64,000 nt of DNA, taken from NCBI GenBank assembly GCA_028688325.1, contig JAQTYI010000002.1, positions 76,379 to 140,378 of the forward strand, written 5' to 3'. Source of the DNA: Candidatus Portnoybacteria bacterium. Lineage in GTDB: Bacteria; Patescibacteriota; Minisyncoccia; Portnoybacterales; GWB1-42-6. The stretch's first letter is position 1. The number at the start of each line of letters is the position of its first letter. Of this stretch, positions 44,872 to 54,570 are shown piece by piece. Made by a program: the position numbers and the translations under genes. Below the pieces are notes generated by a model. It was not told where the DNA came from, did no database searches, and saw only the letters and a program-made list of their open reading frames with translations.

Positions 44872-46884
44872 TCATAAAACCTTATAAATCCTTACGATTT
44901 TTTTTTCGCTTGATTTTTCGAACATCAGATCTAAATTATTATTAACCAAGCATTTTTGCTCTATGCCTTCAGGCCAGCTTCCATCAACATAAAGATATTG
45001 ATAATTTAAATATTTGATAGCGCTTGATAGGCATTCATCTAAAACGCTCTTATATCGAATTGCCGCCTCTTTTGAAGCATTAGCAGGGCCATATTGCTCT
45101 TTGAAATTACTATAAAAATTGGGCGCTAATCTCCCGGTAAGAACAACGAATCTAGAATTATAATCTGTGCCCGCTTGCGTTTCGTTAGGGATCAAAAAAT
45201 AATCATTGATAGTTGTTTGCTCTCTGATCCAACGAAAAGCTTCGGTTTCTATCTCTGTCTTGAAAGGCTTGGCCACTAAGGGTTGCCCCTTCTCCAAAGA
45301 CGGAAAGGCCGCCTGCACAACAAGATATAGCGCTCCCTGAAAAATAAAAATCGAGACCAGAAAAACCGCTAGAATTTTTTGCGGCCTATTTTTTAAATAT
45401 AGAAATAGCCATCCCAAAAATAAACCAAAACTAAAATTCCAAAATAAAGAAGCTAAAAATTTAGTCCTGGTCAAATCCCCTTGCCAGGCGCCAACTGTCA
45501 AGACCAATGGAATAAAAAGAGAAACGAATATAAGCAAAATAAAAAATAATCCTTCGCGAAAAAAATTTTTAAAAAAATACCTGGCGACGGGAATAATAAA
45601 AATAGCCAACAAACCCCACCCTAAAAACATCTCCCAGCTAAAAATGGGGATCGTTGAAAATTGCCTTGTTTTTCCAGTATAGATTAAACCGTTTGAAAGA
45701 TATTCCGCGGTAATTGAAAAATTATTGCCGGTCGAATAATTATGATCTAAAAATAACCCCTTAACAGTCTGGGTTATGGTCCCGCCCTGCAAAACTGCGC
45801 TTAGGCTCCCTAAAAACAAAACCAATAACGAACTTTTTAAAAAAAATTTTCCAGCTTCCCAGTCTTTTTTAAAAACACCATATAACAACGGGTATAAGAA
45901 AAAAACGATGCCAAGAACCCCAAAAAATACTTCGGCGCTTAAAGCTAAAAAAGAAAATAACACGCTCGCTAATAATGATATCCTCAGCCACCTATTTTTA
46001 TCGTTAATTATCCTGAAATATAAATAGATGATCGTCAGTGTTAAAGCAAAGCCTAAGGCCGCCCAAACGGTCTGAAAATTTTCTATTGTTAAGGTAGTCA
46101 CATGCGTACTCCCTTCGTCTAAAAATAAGCCGCTCAAAAACCTAAAAGGAGCTTCTGTTGGCAGGCTTAAAATATAATTTTTAAACAAATAGAATAAATC
46201 TCTAAATCCATAAAAAAACACTAGATTGCCGCCCAAGATCATCGCCAAAGACGCAAAATAGGCTTTAAAGCTGTCCTTACAAAAACTTTTTGCTAGCGCA
46301 AAACCTAGTAAAAAGACGGTCCCAATAATAAAGAAGTTAAAAAGGTCGAAGCCGAACCAAAGGGGCAAACCGGTAACTTTATAAATAGCGGCGATAAAAA
46401 GGCCCCAACCATAATGATATAAAGTGTAAAGATTAGGGTTAAAAACATCTTTCACCGGAAAATTATTTTCGGCGATAGTAGCGACAAGAGGAAGATGAGT
46501 AAGGCTACTGGTTTCGCCTATTGTCCGAAGACCGGATATCCCGGACAGGATCATTAATATAAAAACCGTAATAAATAAAATTTTCCTATATTTTTTATCA
46601 ATTCCCCATTCTACTTTTTCTTGCCGTTTATTAAGAAGGTATAAAAAATAAGATGCGGCAGCCAGCCCAATTAATATCAGGTAAAAATTTATTTGTATTT
46701 TAATTAAATAAGAAAGTGCGTTAAGTAAAAACGAGTAGACTCCATGCCCTACTATAAAAGCCAGCGGAATCAGTGTCTCTATCTTATTTTCTCCAAGGAC
46801 AAATCTGGATAGATTCCAACCAAAAAATAATATGATGCCAAAAAAAACAAGCAACAAAAATGCGGTGAGAATTAAAGCAATCAT
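44872..46884 (-). CDS. Polytopic membrane protein, probable GT-C glycosyltransferase
   Basis: Many TM helices, YHYG loop motif and an EAFRWIREQT soluble tail. AT-rich. Confidence 0.55.
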   Translation of the reverse strand: MIALILTAFLLLVFFGIILFFGWNLSRFVLGENKIETLIPLAFIVGHGVYSFLLNALSYLIKIQINFYLILIGLAAASYFLYLLNKRQEKVEWGIDKKYRKILFITVFILMILSGISGLRTIGETSSLTHLPLVATIAENNFPVKDVFNPNLYTLYHYGWGLFIAAIYKVTGLPLWFGFDLFNFFIIGTVFLLGFALAKSFCKDSFKAYFASLAMILGGNLVFFYGFRDLFYLFKNYILSLPTEAPFRFLSGLFLDEGSTHVTTLTIENFQTVWAALGFALTLTIIYLYFRIINDKNRWLRISLLASVLFSFLALSAEVFFGVLGIVFFLYPLLYGVFKKDWEAGKFFLKSSLLVLFLGSLSAVLQGGTITQTVKGLFLDHNYSTGNNFSITAEYLSNGLIYTGKTRQFSTIPIFSWEMFLGWGLLAIFIIPVARYFFKNFFREGLFFILLIFVSLFIPLVLTVGAWQGDLTRTKFLASLFWNFSFGLFLGWLFLYLKNRPQKILAVFLVSIFIFQGALYLVVQAAFPSLEKGQPLVAKPFKTEIETEAFRWIREQTTINDYFLIPNETQAGTDYNSRFVVLTGRLAPNFYSNFKEQYGPANASKEAAIRYKSVLDECLSSAIKYLNYQYLYVDGSWPEGIEQKCLVNNNLDLMFEKSSEKKIVRIYKVL

Positions 46885-46971
46885 AAAAAATTAACGACGG
46901 CTAATTAAGATTACCTACCAAAGATGCTTTTAGTTTACTGGTCTGATCAAAAATTATATATGCACCCCCGA

Positions 46972-48096
46972 TCAACCAACGATTTCAATTACCGTTTTGA
47001 TAATATATTCAGTCTCTTTTTTGGTCAATTTCGGATACAGCGGCAATGTTATGGTTCTCAGACCGATATCTTCGGCGACCGGAAAATCGCCTTCTTTCAG
47101 TCCATATTTTTTCCGGTAATAACTCAGCAAGTGCGCCGGACTATAATTGACCACCGTATTAATGCCCTTCAACCGCAATTGTTGCATTATGGCATCGCGC
47201 CGACTCTTGCCGACCAAGATTGTGTATAGGTATCGCGCTGAAACGGTATCGGACTCCAGCCCTAGCAAGGTTATTCCTTTTATTTTAGAAAAATATTTAT
47301 CGTATGTTTGACAGATTTTTTCTCTGATCTTAAGCCGCCGGTCAACCCGCTTAAGCTGATCGAGCATCAAAGCCGCCTGGATGTTGCTCATATTGCACTT
47401 AAAGCCCAAGAATTCTTTATCATAATGGACATACGTTTTGCCGTACCGCTCGGAAACGTCTTTACTTAAACCGTGAGACCGAGCCTGCTTGAACCAATCA
47501 TTCGCATCAGCGATATTAGTCGCGATCGCTCCGCCTTCACCGCAAGTAATATTTTTAGTGGCGTAGAAACTGAAACAAGCGATATCCCCTAGCTGAGCGG
47601 GGGCGGCGCCGTCTCTTTTACCTTCCAGACAATGCGCCGAATCTTCAATTATTTTCAAACCGTATTTATCCGCCAGGCTCCTGATCTTTCGCATATCGCA
47701 CATTTGACCGTATAAATGGACCGGCAAAATAGCTTTGGTTTTTTTTGTTATCTTACTCTCTATCAAATCAGCGTTGATATTACCGGTTCCAGCTTCAACA
47801 TCAACCAGAACCGGCTTAGCCCCGACGTATTCAATCGCGTCCAAGGTCGCCGTATAAGTTAACGGGGTGGTGATAACTTCATCGCCCGAACCAATGCCAA
47901 AATAAGCCAGAGACAAATGCAACGCCGCCGTACCGCTCATCAATCCGACCGCGTATTTAGCACCGAGATACTGGGCTAATTTTTTTTCAAAATCAGCCAC
48001 TGTTTCGCCGGTCGTCAAAAAAACTCCTTTCAAAACTTTATTCAAGTTCGCGATATCCGCCTTGCTGATATCATGCTTATAAAACTCTATCTTCAT
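46972..48096 (-). CDS. DegT/DnrJ/EryC1/StrS sugar aminotransferase (ArnB-like)
   Basis: SGTAALHL, PVHLYGQ, IEDSAH, FSFYATKNITCGEGG. Confidence 0.95.
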   Translation of the reverse strand: MKIEFYKHDISKADIANLNKVLKGVFLTTGETVADFEKKLAQYLGAKYAVGLMSGTAALHLSLAYFGIGSGDEVITTPLTYTATLDAIEYVGAKPVLVDVEAGTGNINADLIESKITKKTKAILPVHLYGQMCDMRKIRSLADKYGLKIIEDSAHCLEGKRDGAAPAQLGDIACFSFYATKNITCGEGGAIATNIADANDWFKQARSHGLSKDVSERYGKTYVHYDKEFLGFKCNMSNIQAALMLDQLKRVDRRLKIREKICQTYDKYFSKIKGITLLGLESDTVSARYLYTILVGKSRRDAIMQQLRLKGINTVVNYSPAHLLSYYRKKYGLKEGDFPVAEDIGLRTITLPLYPKLTKKETEYIIKTVIEIVG

Positions 48097-48103
48097 GCCT
48101 TGT

Positions 48104-49141
48104 CTAATGGATTATTTTTTTACCGTCTTTGTTGATTATCGGAATTTTTCTCATCCATAATCTTGTTTCCCACCATTCTTGATTGTTTCTATACCAGTCA
48201 ATGGTTTTTTCCAGGCCGCTTTCAAAAGAAATTTTTGGTTGCCAGCCTAAAAGCTTCCTTGCTTTTTCAATATCCGCGGTATGACGAAAAACTTGACCCG
48301 GCCTGTCATCCGTATAGGTTATTAACGATTTCGGTCTCTCCATTTTTTCCACAATAATTTCAGCGATTGTTTTAATGCTTATACTCTTGCCTGTCCCAAT
48401 ATTTATCACCTGTCCTTTGAGTTTTTCTATGTCTCCGCTCATGATTTTATCTATCGCCTGGCATGTGTCCTCAACATTAACCCAATCTCTTTGCGCGCTG
48501 CCATCGCCATGAACGGTTATCGGCTCATTTAAAAGACAGTTAGTAATGAATCTTGGAATTACTTTTTCTAAATGCTGCCTGGAGCCATAATTATTAAACG
48601 GCCTAACAATCACCACCGGAATATCATAGGTGGCCCAGTAAGAGTAAACCAGCCTATCGGCGCCGGCTTTAGCCGCCGCGTAGGGACTCATCGGCAAAAG
48701 CGGATGCTCGTCTTCCTTCATCGTATCTGAATTTGCCGTGCCATAAACCTCCGAAGTAGAGATGTGAATAAACTTTTCTATTCTTTTCTTGTGTTTTGAT
48801 ACGGCATTCGCCACCGATTGAGTCCCCAGGGTATCCGTCTGAAAAAAAATCAAGTTATCATAGATCGAACGCGTAACATGCGTTTCCGCCGCGAAATGAA
48901 CAACTATATCCGCGTTAGAAACAAGTTCGTCAACTAAATCATTATTGCAAATATTGCCATAAACCAACTCAAAGCGCTCCTTATTTCTCAGCATTTCCGG
49001 ATCAAAATTATCAATTCCTCCGGCATAAGTTAAACAGTCCAAAACAATAATTCTATAATCGGGGTATTTCTTAAAAAGATATCCGGTAAAATTACTGCCG
49101 ATAAATCCGGCTCCGCCGGTGATTAAAACTGTTTTTTTCAT
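48104..49141 (-). CDS. NDP-glucose 4,6-dehydratase (RfbB-like)
   Basis: TGGAGFIG, LTYAG, HFAAETHVTRS, STSEVYG, PYAAAK, NNYG. Confidence 0.9.
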   Translation of the reverse strand: MKKTVLITGGAGFIGSNFTGYLFKKYPDYRIIVLDCLTYAGGIDNFDPEMLRNKERFELVYGNICNNDLVDELVSNADIVVHFAAETHVTRSIYDNLIFFQTDTLGTQSVANAVSKHKKRIEKFIHISTSEVYGTANSDTMKEDEHPLLPMSPYAAAKAGADRLVYSYWATYDIPVVIVRPFNNYGSRQHLEKVIPRFITNCLLNEPITVHGDGSAQRDWVNVEDTCQAIDKIMSGDIEKLKGQVINIGTGKSISIKTIAEIIVEKMERPKSLITYTDDRPGQVFRHTADIEKARKLLGWQPKISFESGLEKTIDWYRNNQEWWETRLWMRKIPIINKDGKKIIH

Positions 49142-49187
49142 AATTTTAATTAAAATTCATTAAACTTGTTTTTTATATTTATAATCG

Positions 49188-49889
49188 TTAAAATTCCCGT
49201 TTTTCAAAAAGCAGCTTTGCCTCGGGACCGCAATTAAATATGGCATCAATAATAGATAGATGAGAAACGAACTCCTTACCCAATTGCCTATAAACCGGAT
49301 GCTTATAATCGTGAAAATAAACACTTATATCATCCTGCTTAAACTGCTCAACGGAGATATAGTCTCGCGCGGCATCTCCCGTAAGGTAACTGTCTATCCC
49401 GAGCTCCTTGCAAATCGCGATCAGCCTGTCAGATTTTTTAAAATTACGGTCTATGTTCAACTCGGAAGAAAAAACTATTTTTCTTTCAATCTCTAAAATT
49501 CCAGCCGCCCAATAAATAATTGGCATCAATAAATCGATTAAAAGCCGGGGTTTTTTTGATAATATTTCGGATAGTCCCGGGCCATATTTTGAGAACCACT
49601 CAGTTTTGCTATATGCGTGCTTAATCGTCTCTATGTGATTTTTTTGCCAATCAAAACCATAGCTGATCAAAGCTTCGTTTATTTTTAAATCCTCTCTTGA
49701 TGTCCCAGCCGTATTGACCGGAACGGTAAGAGTGTGTATTTTATCGCCGAATTTAATCCTGTTTCGATTTCGCCAATCTCTTCTTGTATATTGAACGTCA
49801 TCATAAATTACAAAAACATCGGACTGAAATAGAAGATCAAAAAATCCCGCCCAGGGAAGATAACCCGGTTGTAAAATAGCGCCGGTCAT
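49188..49889 (-). CDS. WbqC family protein
   Basis: ILQPGYLPW.GFF, YDDVQY...WRNRNRI, HPVYRQL, LSIIDAIFNCG. Confidence 0.93.
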   Translation of the reverse strand: MTGAILQPGYLPWAGFFDLLFQSDVFVIYDDVQYTRRDWRNRNRIKFGDKIHTLTVPVNTAGTSREDLKINEALISYGFDWQKNHIETIKHAYSKTEWFSKYGPGLSEILSKKPRLLIDLLMPIIYWAAGILEIERKIVFSSELNIDRNFKKSDRLIAICKELGIDSYLTGDAARDYISVEQFKQDDISVYFHDYKHPVYRQLGKEFVSHLSIIDAIFNCGPEAKLLFEKREF

Positions 49890-50830
49890 CTTCTTTCTGA
49901 TTTCAAAACTTTAAAATAATTATATTTCCATGACTTATACGGCCAGTCTGCGCATTTGGCGCAGATATCAATTTTGTCAAATTTACGATCAAGATGATAT
50001 TTTCTGTAACTTTCGAATTTTTTACCGTTCCAAATATCATAAATTTTCTTCCGATTAACATCACCAACAACATGATTACGCTTCAAATCATCGGCGCAAA
50101 ACAGAGCCAAACCGTCGCTGTTAATATGCAACCTGTCAAAAGGCCATGGACAAGGCACTCTCTTTGATTTATCTAAAAATGGTTCCGTAAAATTAGCCTG
50201 ATCTAAAACATTCCACGTTATCCATTTGCGGAAAATCACCGTATCGACTTTATTTTTCCAATAGTCGACAACTGCCTGAGGATCTTTTAGCTTATCGGGT
50301 TGGTTAATAACACTAACGGCCACGATAGTCTTTGCTTTTAGCTCCCTTTTTCGCGACATCAATAATTCAATATTTCTCTTAACCGAATCGAAATCCAGTC
50401 CTATTCTGATTTTGGAATATGTTTTCTTGTCCATCGCGTCAACGGAAACCTCAATCAGGTCGATACCGGCTTTCAAAAGCCGGTCTATTTTTTCCGGGTT
50501 CAACAGAGCGCCATTAGTGATAAAACCGATCCGGGCGCCTTGCTTTATCGCATATTCAACCAAATCAATTATTTTCTGATTTAACAAAGGCTCCCCCAAC
50601 CCGGTGATTCTGATCAAAGAACCATACTGCCCCGCCTCCCAGGCGATCCTTTTAAAAACCTTTTCCGGCATAACTTTATTCTTATCGACCTGCCTTAATT
50701 CTGAATGCAAATTAAAAGGACAATGCGGACACCGCGAATTACAAATATTAGAAACCCAAAGCACTAACATCGGCGGAAAATCTGCCACTTTGCAAAATTT
50801 ATCTGGTATGTGTTCCTTCTGTCCGGTCAT
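49886..50830 (-). CDS. Radical SAM protein with SPASM/twitch domain
   Basis: CNSRCPHC, GEPLL, TNG, CPWPF...DG...C, CAKC. Confidence 0.92.
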   Translation of the reverse strand: MTGQKEHIPDKFCKVADFPPMLVLWVSNICNSRCPHCPFNLHSELRQVDKNKVMPEKVFKRIAWEAGQYGSLIRITGLGEPLLNQKIIDLVEYAIKQGARIGFITNGALLNPEKIDRLLKAGIDLIEVSVDAMDKKTYSKIRIGLDFDSVKRNIELLMSRKRELKAKTIVAVSVINQPDKLKDPQAVVDYWKNKVDTVIFRKWITWNVLDQANFTEPFLDKSKRVPCPWPFDRLHINSDGLALFCADDLKRNHVVGDVNRKKIYDIWNGKKFESYRKYHLDRKFDKIDICAKCADWPYKSWKYNYFKVLKSERR

Positions 50831-50917
50831 CGGTTATTTAAGGGGTCAATTAACATTAAAATCGCTATGCTTGATTACGAATTTACCATAATTTATTAAA
50901 CCATCGACGGCTCAATA

Positions 50918-51847
50918 TTAACAATATTCCGCGTAAGCCGATTGCCAATCACGGCAGGCCCGACACAGTTCCGGTAACTCATCGAAGCGATTCTGCAAAT
51001 GCATTTTTCGATATTCTCTGAGCTGGCCGCGCCAAAGCTCCTTTAAGGAAAGCTCTTTGGCATTACCGCACTTCACCTGACAATGCATATCCACTGAGCA
51101 CAAAGCGACTTCGCCATCAGCGCAAATATTCATTGTTTTCATTAACCAATAGCACGGCTTACGCTCAATCTCTTCGTTGCGCCAAAGATTTGGTGCGCTG
51201 ACCAACCCCCCCCAACTTACCTTGGGGCGAATTTTTACGTTAACGCCTTGATCGGCCCAAAACTTTTTAAAATCATCGAGTCCGCGTTCGTTCTCTTCGC
51301 TCAACACGAACTGGGCAAAAATTTTCTGCTCAGGCTTACCGTATTTATCAAGCAGCTTCTTATAATTGATTATATTTTGACGGGTCTTATAAAAATCGCC
51401 TCCCGCCCTGATTTTATTATAGTCTTCTTCGTTCGCGGCATCGATACCGACATAAATCGCGTCTAAGCCCGATTCGATCACGGCCTGCGCCTTTTTTTCA
51501 TCCATCAAAGTGCCGTTGGTGTTGGTAACGACATCTTTCAACCCTTTATCCTTCGCGTATTTTATGCGCGCGGCGATATCGGGAACAAGGAACGGTTCTC
51601 CGAAAAAAATCTCCCAAACGCGGGCCTTGGGATTCTCAACTGCTATTTCATCAATGATCTTTTTATAAAGCGCCAGCTCCATATTCTTGAATGGCCGATA
51701 TTTGGCAATATTTTTATGGTCACAGGCGGTGCAATGCAAATTACAGCAGTTGCTGTTCTCGATCAAAATAACTTCCGGAAAATTTTCCGCCTCTTTGATC
51801 CGATTAGCTTTTTCGATATCACTTTTATAAGTCATTTTATTTTTCAA
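50918..51847 (-). CDS. Radical SAM protein with SPASM/twitch domain
   Basis: CNLHCTAC, GEPF, NTNG, PCYW...DGEVALC, CRAC. Confidence 0.92.
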   Translation of the reverse strand: MKNKMTYKSDIEKANRIKEAENFPEVILIENSNCCNLHCTACDHKNIAKYRPFKNMELALYKKIIDEIAVENPKARVWEIFFGEPFLVPDIAARIKYAKDKGLKDVVTNTNGTLMDEKKAQAVIESGLDAIYVGIDAANEEDYNKIRAGGDFYKTRQNIINYKKLLDKYGKPEQKIFAQFVLSEENERGLDDFKKFWADQGVNVKIRPKVSWGGLVSAPNLWRNEEIERKPCYWLMKTMNICADGEVALCSVDMHCQVKCGNAKELSLKELWRGQLREYRKMHLQNRFDELPELCRACRDWQSAYAEYC

Positions 51848-53549
51848 TTAAATAATCTTCTATGAATAGCGCTTCGATGCCGCTGGTAAAAAAAGTTTTC
51901 AACGCATCTTCAGGCGAATTGACGATTGGCTCGCCGTTCAGGTTAAAAGAAGTATTGAGCAGAACAGGAACACCCGCGCGTTCTTCAAATTCATCCAGAA
52001 GTTCGCGAAGCAGGGGCTCTTCATTCCTTGAAACGGTCTGCAGCCTGCCGGTGCCATCTTGATGCACGACAGCCGGAACTTTTTTTATAGCTTGTTCTCT
52101 AAATTTAAACGCCTTTTCCATATATCGCACCTGATCGCTGTCTCTCGTCTCAAAATACTCGCTCAATCTTTCGAAGGGAATCATCGGAGCGAATGGCCGA
52201 TAAGCCTCTCTATATTTTACCATACTATTCAACTTGTCCTTCATCTCTTTATTTTTTGGCGAAGCAAAAATGGAACGATGACCCAATGCGCGCTGGCCAA
52301 ACTCGCTTCTTCCCTGAAACCAGCCGATGACCTTGTTCCGGGCCAAAAGGTCGGCGGCCTCCGCCGCGCGATTTTTCAGGCGGCGACTTTTTATTTTATA
52401 TTTTTCAAGCAACTCCCCTATCTTTTCAGAAGAATATTCTTTTCCGATGGCAGCGGTTTGGCCGGGCGCCTGGACCTTGATGCCAGACTGCAACGCCGCG
52501 CTAAACGCCGCGCCGATGGAATTGCCGCTGTCATCCGGGGCGAATCCAATCGAGCAACGGGAAAAATCAGTTTTTTGAACCACCGATCCGTTAAACAAGC
52601 AGTTCATGGCTGTGCCGCCGCTCAAGACTAGGTTTTTCGATCCAGTCTGACGACTGAGAAAAGCCAGGTTATTTTCCATAACTCTTTCGAACATTTCTTG
52701 CCCAGCAGCCGCAATATCATAATGCTTTTTTAAAAGTTGTTCGTTTGGCTTCCTGGCCGAGCCAAAAAGCTTTTCCATTTTTTCACTGTAAGATTTCGGC
52801 TGATCAAAATTATAAAAACCGAAATACGAGAGATCCAGCTCATAATCGCCATCCTTTAAAATTCTGACCAGCTTGCTCATTTGCGGAGCAAAAACTTTTT
52901 TATTGCCGTAAGCCGCCATGCCCATCACTTTCCACTCGTCAGCGAATGGCCGATAACCCAAAAAATCGGTCAATGCGGCATAAAGACAACCGACAGATTC
53001 GGGAAAAAACTTAGTCCTGATGGTTTCGAGCTTATCGTTTTTCGCATAGATCCAGGAAGTCACCTTTTGTTCGCTCCAACCGTCAGTCACCATCAGAGCG
53101 CATTCTTCAAACCCCGAGATCTGATAAGCCGCCTGGGCATGGCAAGCATGATGGTCGACAAAAATAATATTGGTTTTATTCCCGTTATCAAAATCAAAGC
53201 TGGAATTGGCCTGCTTAACGCCTCGCTCAAACAGCGGAAGCAGATGATTGGGAACCGAAGCGAGCCACTCGCCCGGATAACGCATCCAATCAGAAAATCC
53301 GCCGCGATATTTCATGGCAACGTTTTCGCCGGCGTTCCAACCGATCGCAAAAATATCCACGTTTTCAGGAGAGATTTTACAATAATCCAGACAAAAATCG
53401 AGAGCTTTATGAGGAAAAGCTTTGTCCTGCTTCACGCGCGTAAATCTTTCTTCCGGTGAGCCGGCCACGAGTTTGCCGTCTTTCAAAATAACGGCCGACG
53501 CAATCGGCCCCGATTGATGGATACCAACAATATATGAAGATTTTTCCAT
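51837..53549 (-). CDS. Carbamoyltransferase (NodU/CmcH/TobZ family)
   Basis: EERFTRVK, DHHACHA, EWKVMGMAAYG, GGTAMNC, EFGQRALGHRS, RPFAP, LNTSFN. Confidence 0.95.
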   Translation of the reverse strand: MEKSSYIVGIHQSGPIASAVILKDGKLVAGSPEERFTRVKQDKAFPHKALDFCLDYCKISPENVDIFAIGWNAGENVAMKYRGGFSDWMRYPGEWLASVPNHLLPLFERGVKQANSSFDFDNGNKTNIIFVDHHACHAQAAYQISGFEECALMVTDGWSEQKVTSWIYAKNDKLETIRTKFFPESVGCLYAALTDFLGYRPFADEWKVMGMAAYGNKKVFAPQMSKLVRILKDGDYELDLSYFGFYNFDQPKSYSEKMEKLFGSARKPNEQLLKKHYDIAAAGQEMFERVMENNLAFLSRQTGSKNLVLSGGTAMNCLFNGSVVQKTDFSRCSIGFAPDDSGNSIGAAFSAALQSGIKVQAPGQTAAIGKEYSSEKIGELLEKYKIKSRRLKNRAAEAADLLARNKVIGWFQGRSEFGQRALGHRSIFASPKNKEMKDKLNSMVKYREAYRPFAPMIPFERLSEYFETRDSDQVRYMEKAFKFREQAIKKVPAVVHQDGTGRLQTVSRNEEPLLRELLDEFEERAGVPVLLNTSFNLNGEPIVNSPEDALKTFFTSGIEALFIEDYLIEK

Positions 53550-54559
53550 TATTTTTTTACGGCGCGAACTCCCAGCGTCGCTTTTAAAAAATATCCTTTT
53601 TCGAGCAAATTTTCTTTGATTTTTTGTACACTACTCCACCTGGAGCGCGTACGGAAATCATTTGTATCAAGCACTTTGAAATTACCAAAGCCGCCTTTTT
53701 CAAGCCAAGATAGCATCTGCGCCGGGGAGATTCTGTGACGAAAAGAGCTTGAGTACCAATCAAAATTATGCAGATGCTTTAACATGAAGCTAGGCTGGCC
53801 GGAAAGATGAAAAATATTCTCGAAAATTGGTACCGCCCCCGGAATATATTCTATGCAGGTCGGAATTAAAGAGAGATAATAAATAACCTTAACCGGCAGA
53901 CGTTTGGTCAAACCACAGATACAATTGTCGATAAATTTTTGGAAAGGGGTCAGGTTCCGGTAAACCAACAAGACAATTTCACCGCCCGGCTTAACTTTTT
54001 TACCCAGACACTCGACAGCCTTTTCCGGGTCCGGCGTCATCATCAGAACCCCATGACAATAGACGATATCGAAATATTCATCTTTAAACGGCATTTTAAA
54101 AAGATCTGATTGCAAAAAGTGAATGCCCGTAAACTCACGGCAGTTTTCGACAGCGCGCTCAATCGCCTGCGTAAAATCAAAACCAACAATATTGCCGGCC
54201 CCCTCTTCTGCGAACTGAACAAGCCAACGACCGTTGCCGCAACCGGCATCAAGAATATCTTTTCCGACAAGATCACCTTTTTCCCAGCCAGTCAGTTCAT
54301 AAAATCTTTCTTTATTCCGCTTCGCCTTGTGCCAATCCATTCTCAAAAGATAATGCTCGAAATTCTTGCTGTAGTTATCAAATCTATCACTTTCCGGGAG
54401 TAATCTCGGAATTCCCTTGATTATAGGATAAATTTTGCCGCACGAACTACATTTTATGTCGCCGGAGACTATCACACCATTCTCCCTGAGTATATTTTCA
54501 AAACTAAACTTGGCTCCACATTCAGGGCAAACGATTATTTCTATTAACGTTTCTTCCAT
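53549..54559 (-). CDS. SAM-dependent methyltransferase with an N-terminal Trm112-like zinc finger
   Basis: CPEC...CSSCGKIYPIIKGIPRLL followed by LDAGCGNGR and KPGG. Start placed at ATG 54559. Confidence 0.88.
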   Translation of the reverse strand: MEETLIEIIVCPECGAKFSFENILRENGVIVSGDIKCSSCGKIYPIIKGIPRLLPESDRFDNYSKNFEHYLLRMDWHKAKRNKERFYELTGWEKGDLVGKDILDAGCGNGRWLVQFAEEGAGNIVGFDFTQAIERAVENCREFTGIHFLQSDLFKMPFKDEYFDIVYCHGVLMMTPDPEKAVECLGKKVKPGGEIVLLVYRNLTPFQKFIDNCICGLTKRLPVKVIYYLSLIPTCIEYIPGAVPIFENIFHLSGQPSFMLKHLHNFDWYSSSFRHRISPAQMLSWLEKGGFGNFKVLDTNDFRTRSRWSSVQKIKENLLEKGYFLKATLGVRAVKK

Positions 54560-54570
54560 ACTTAATTTAA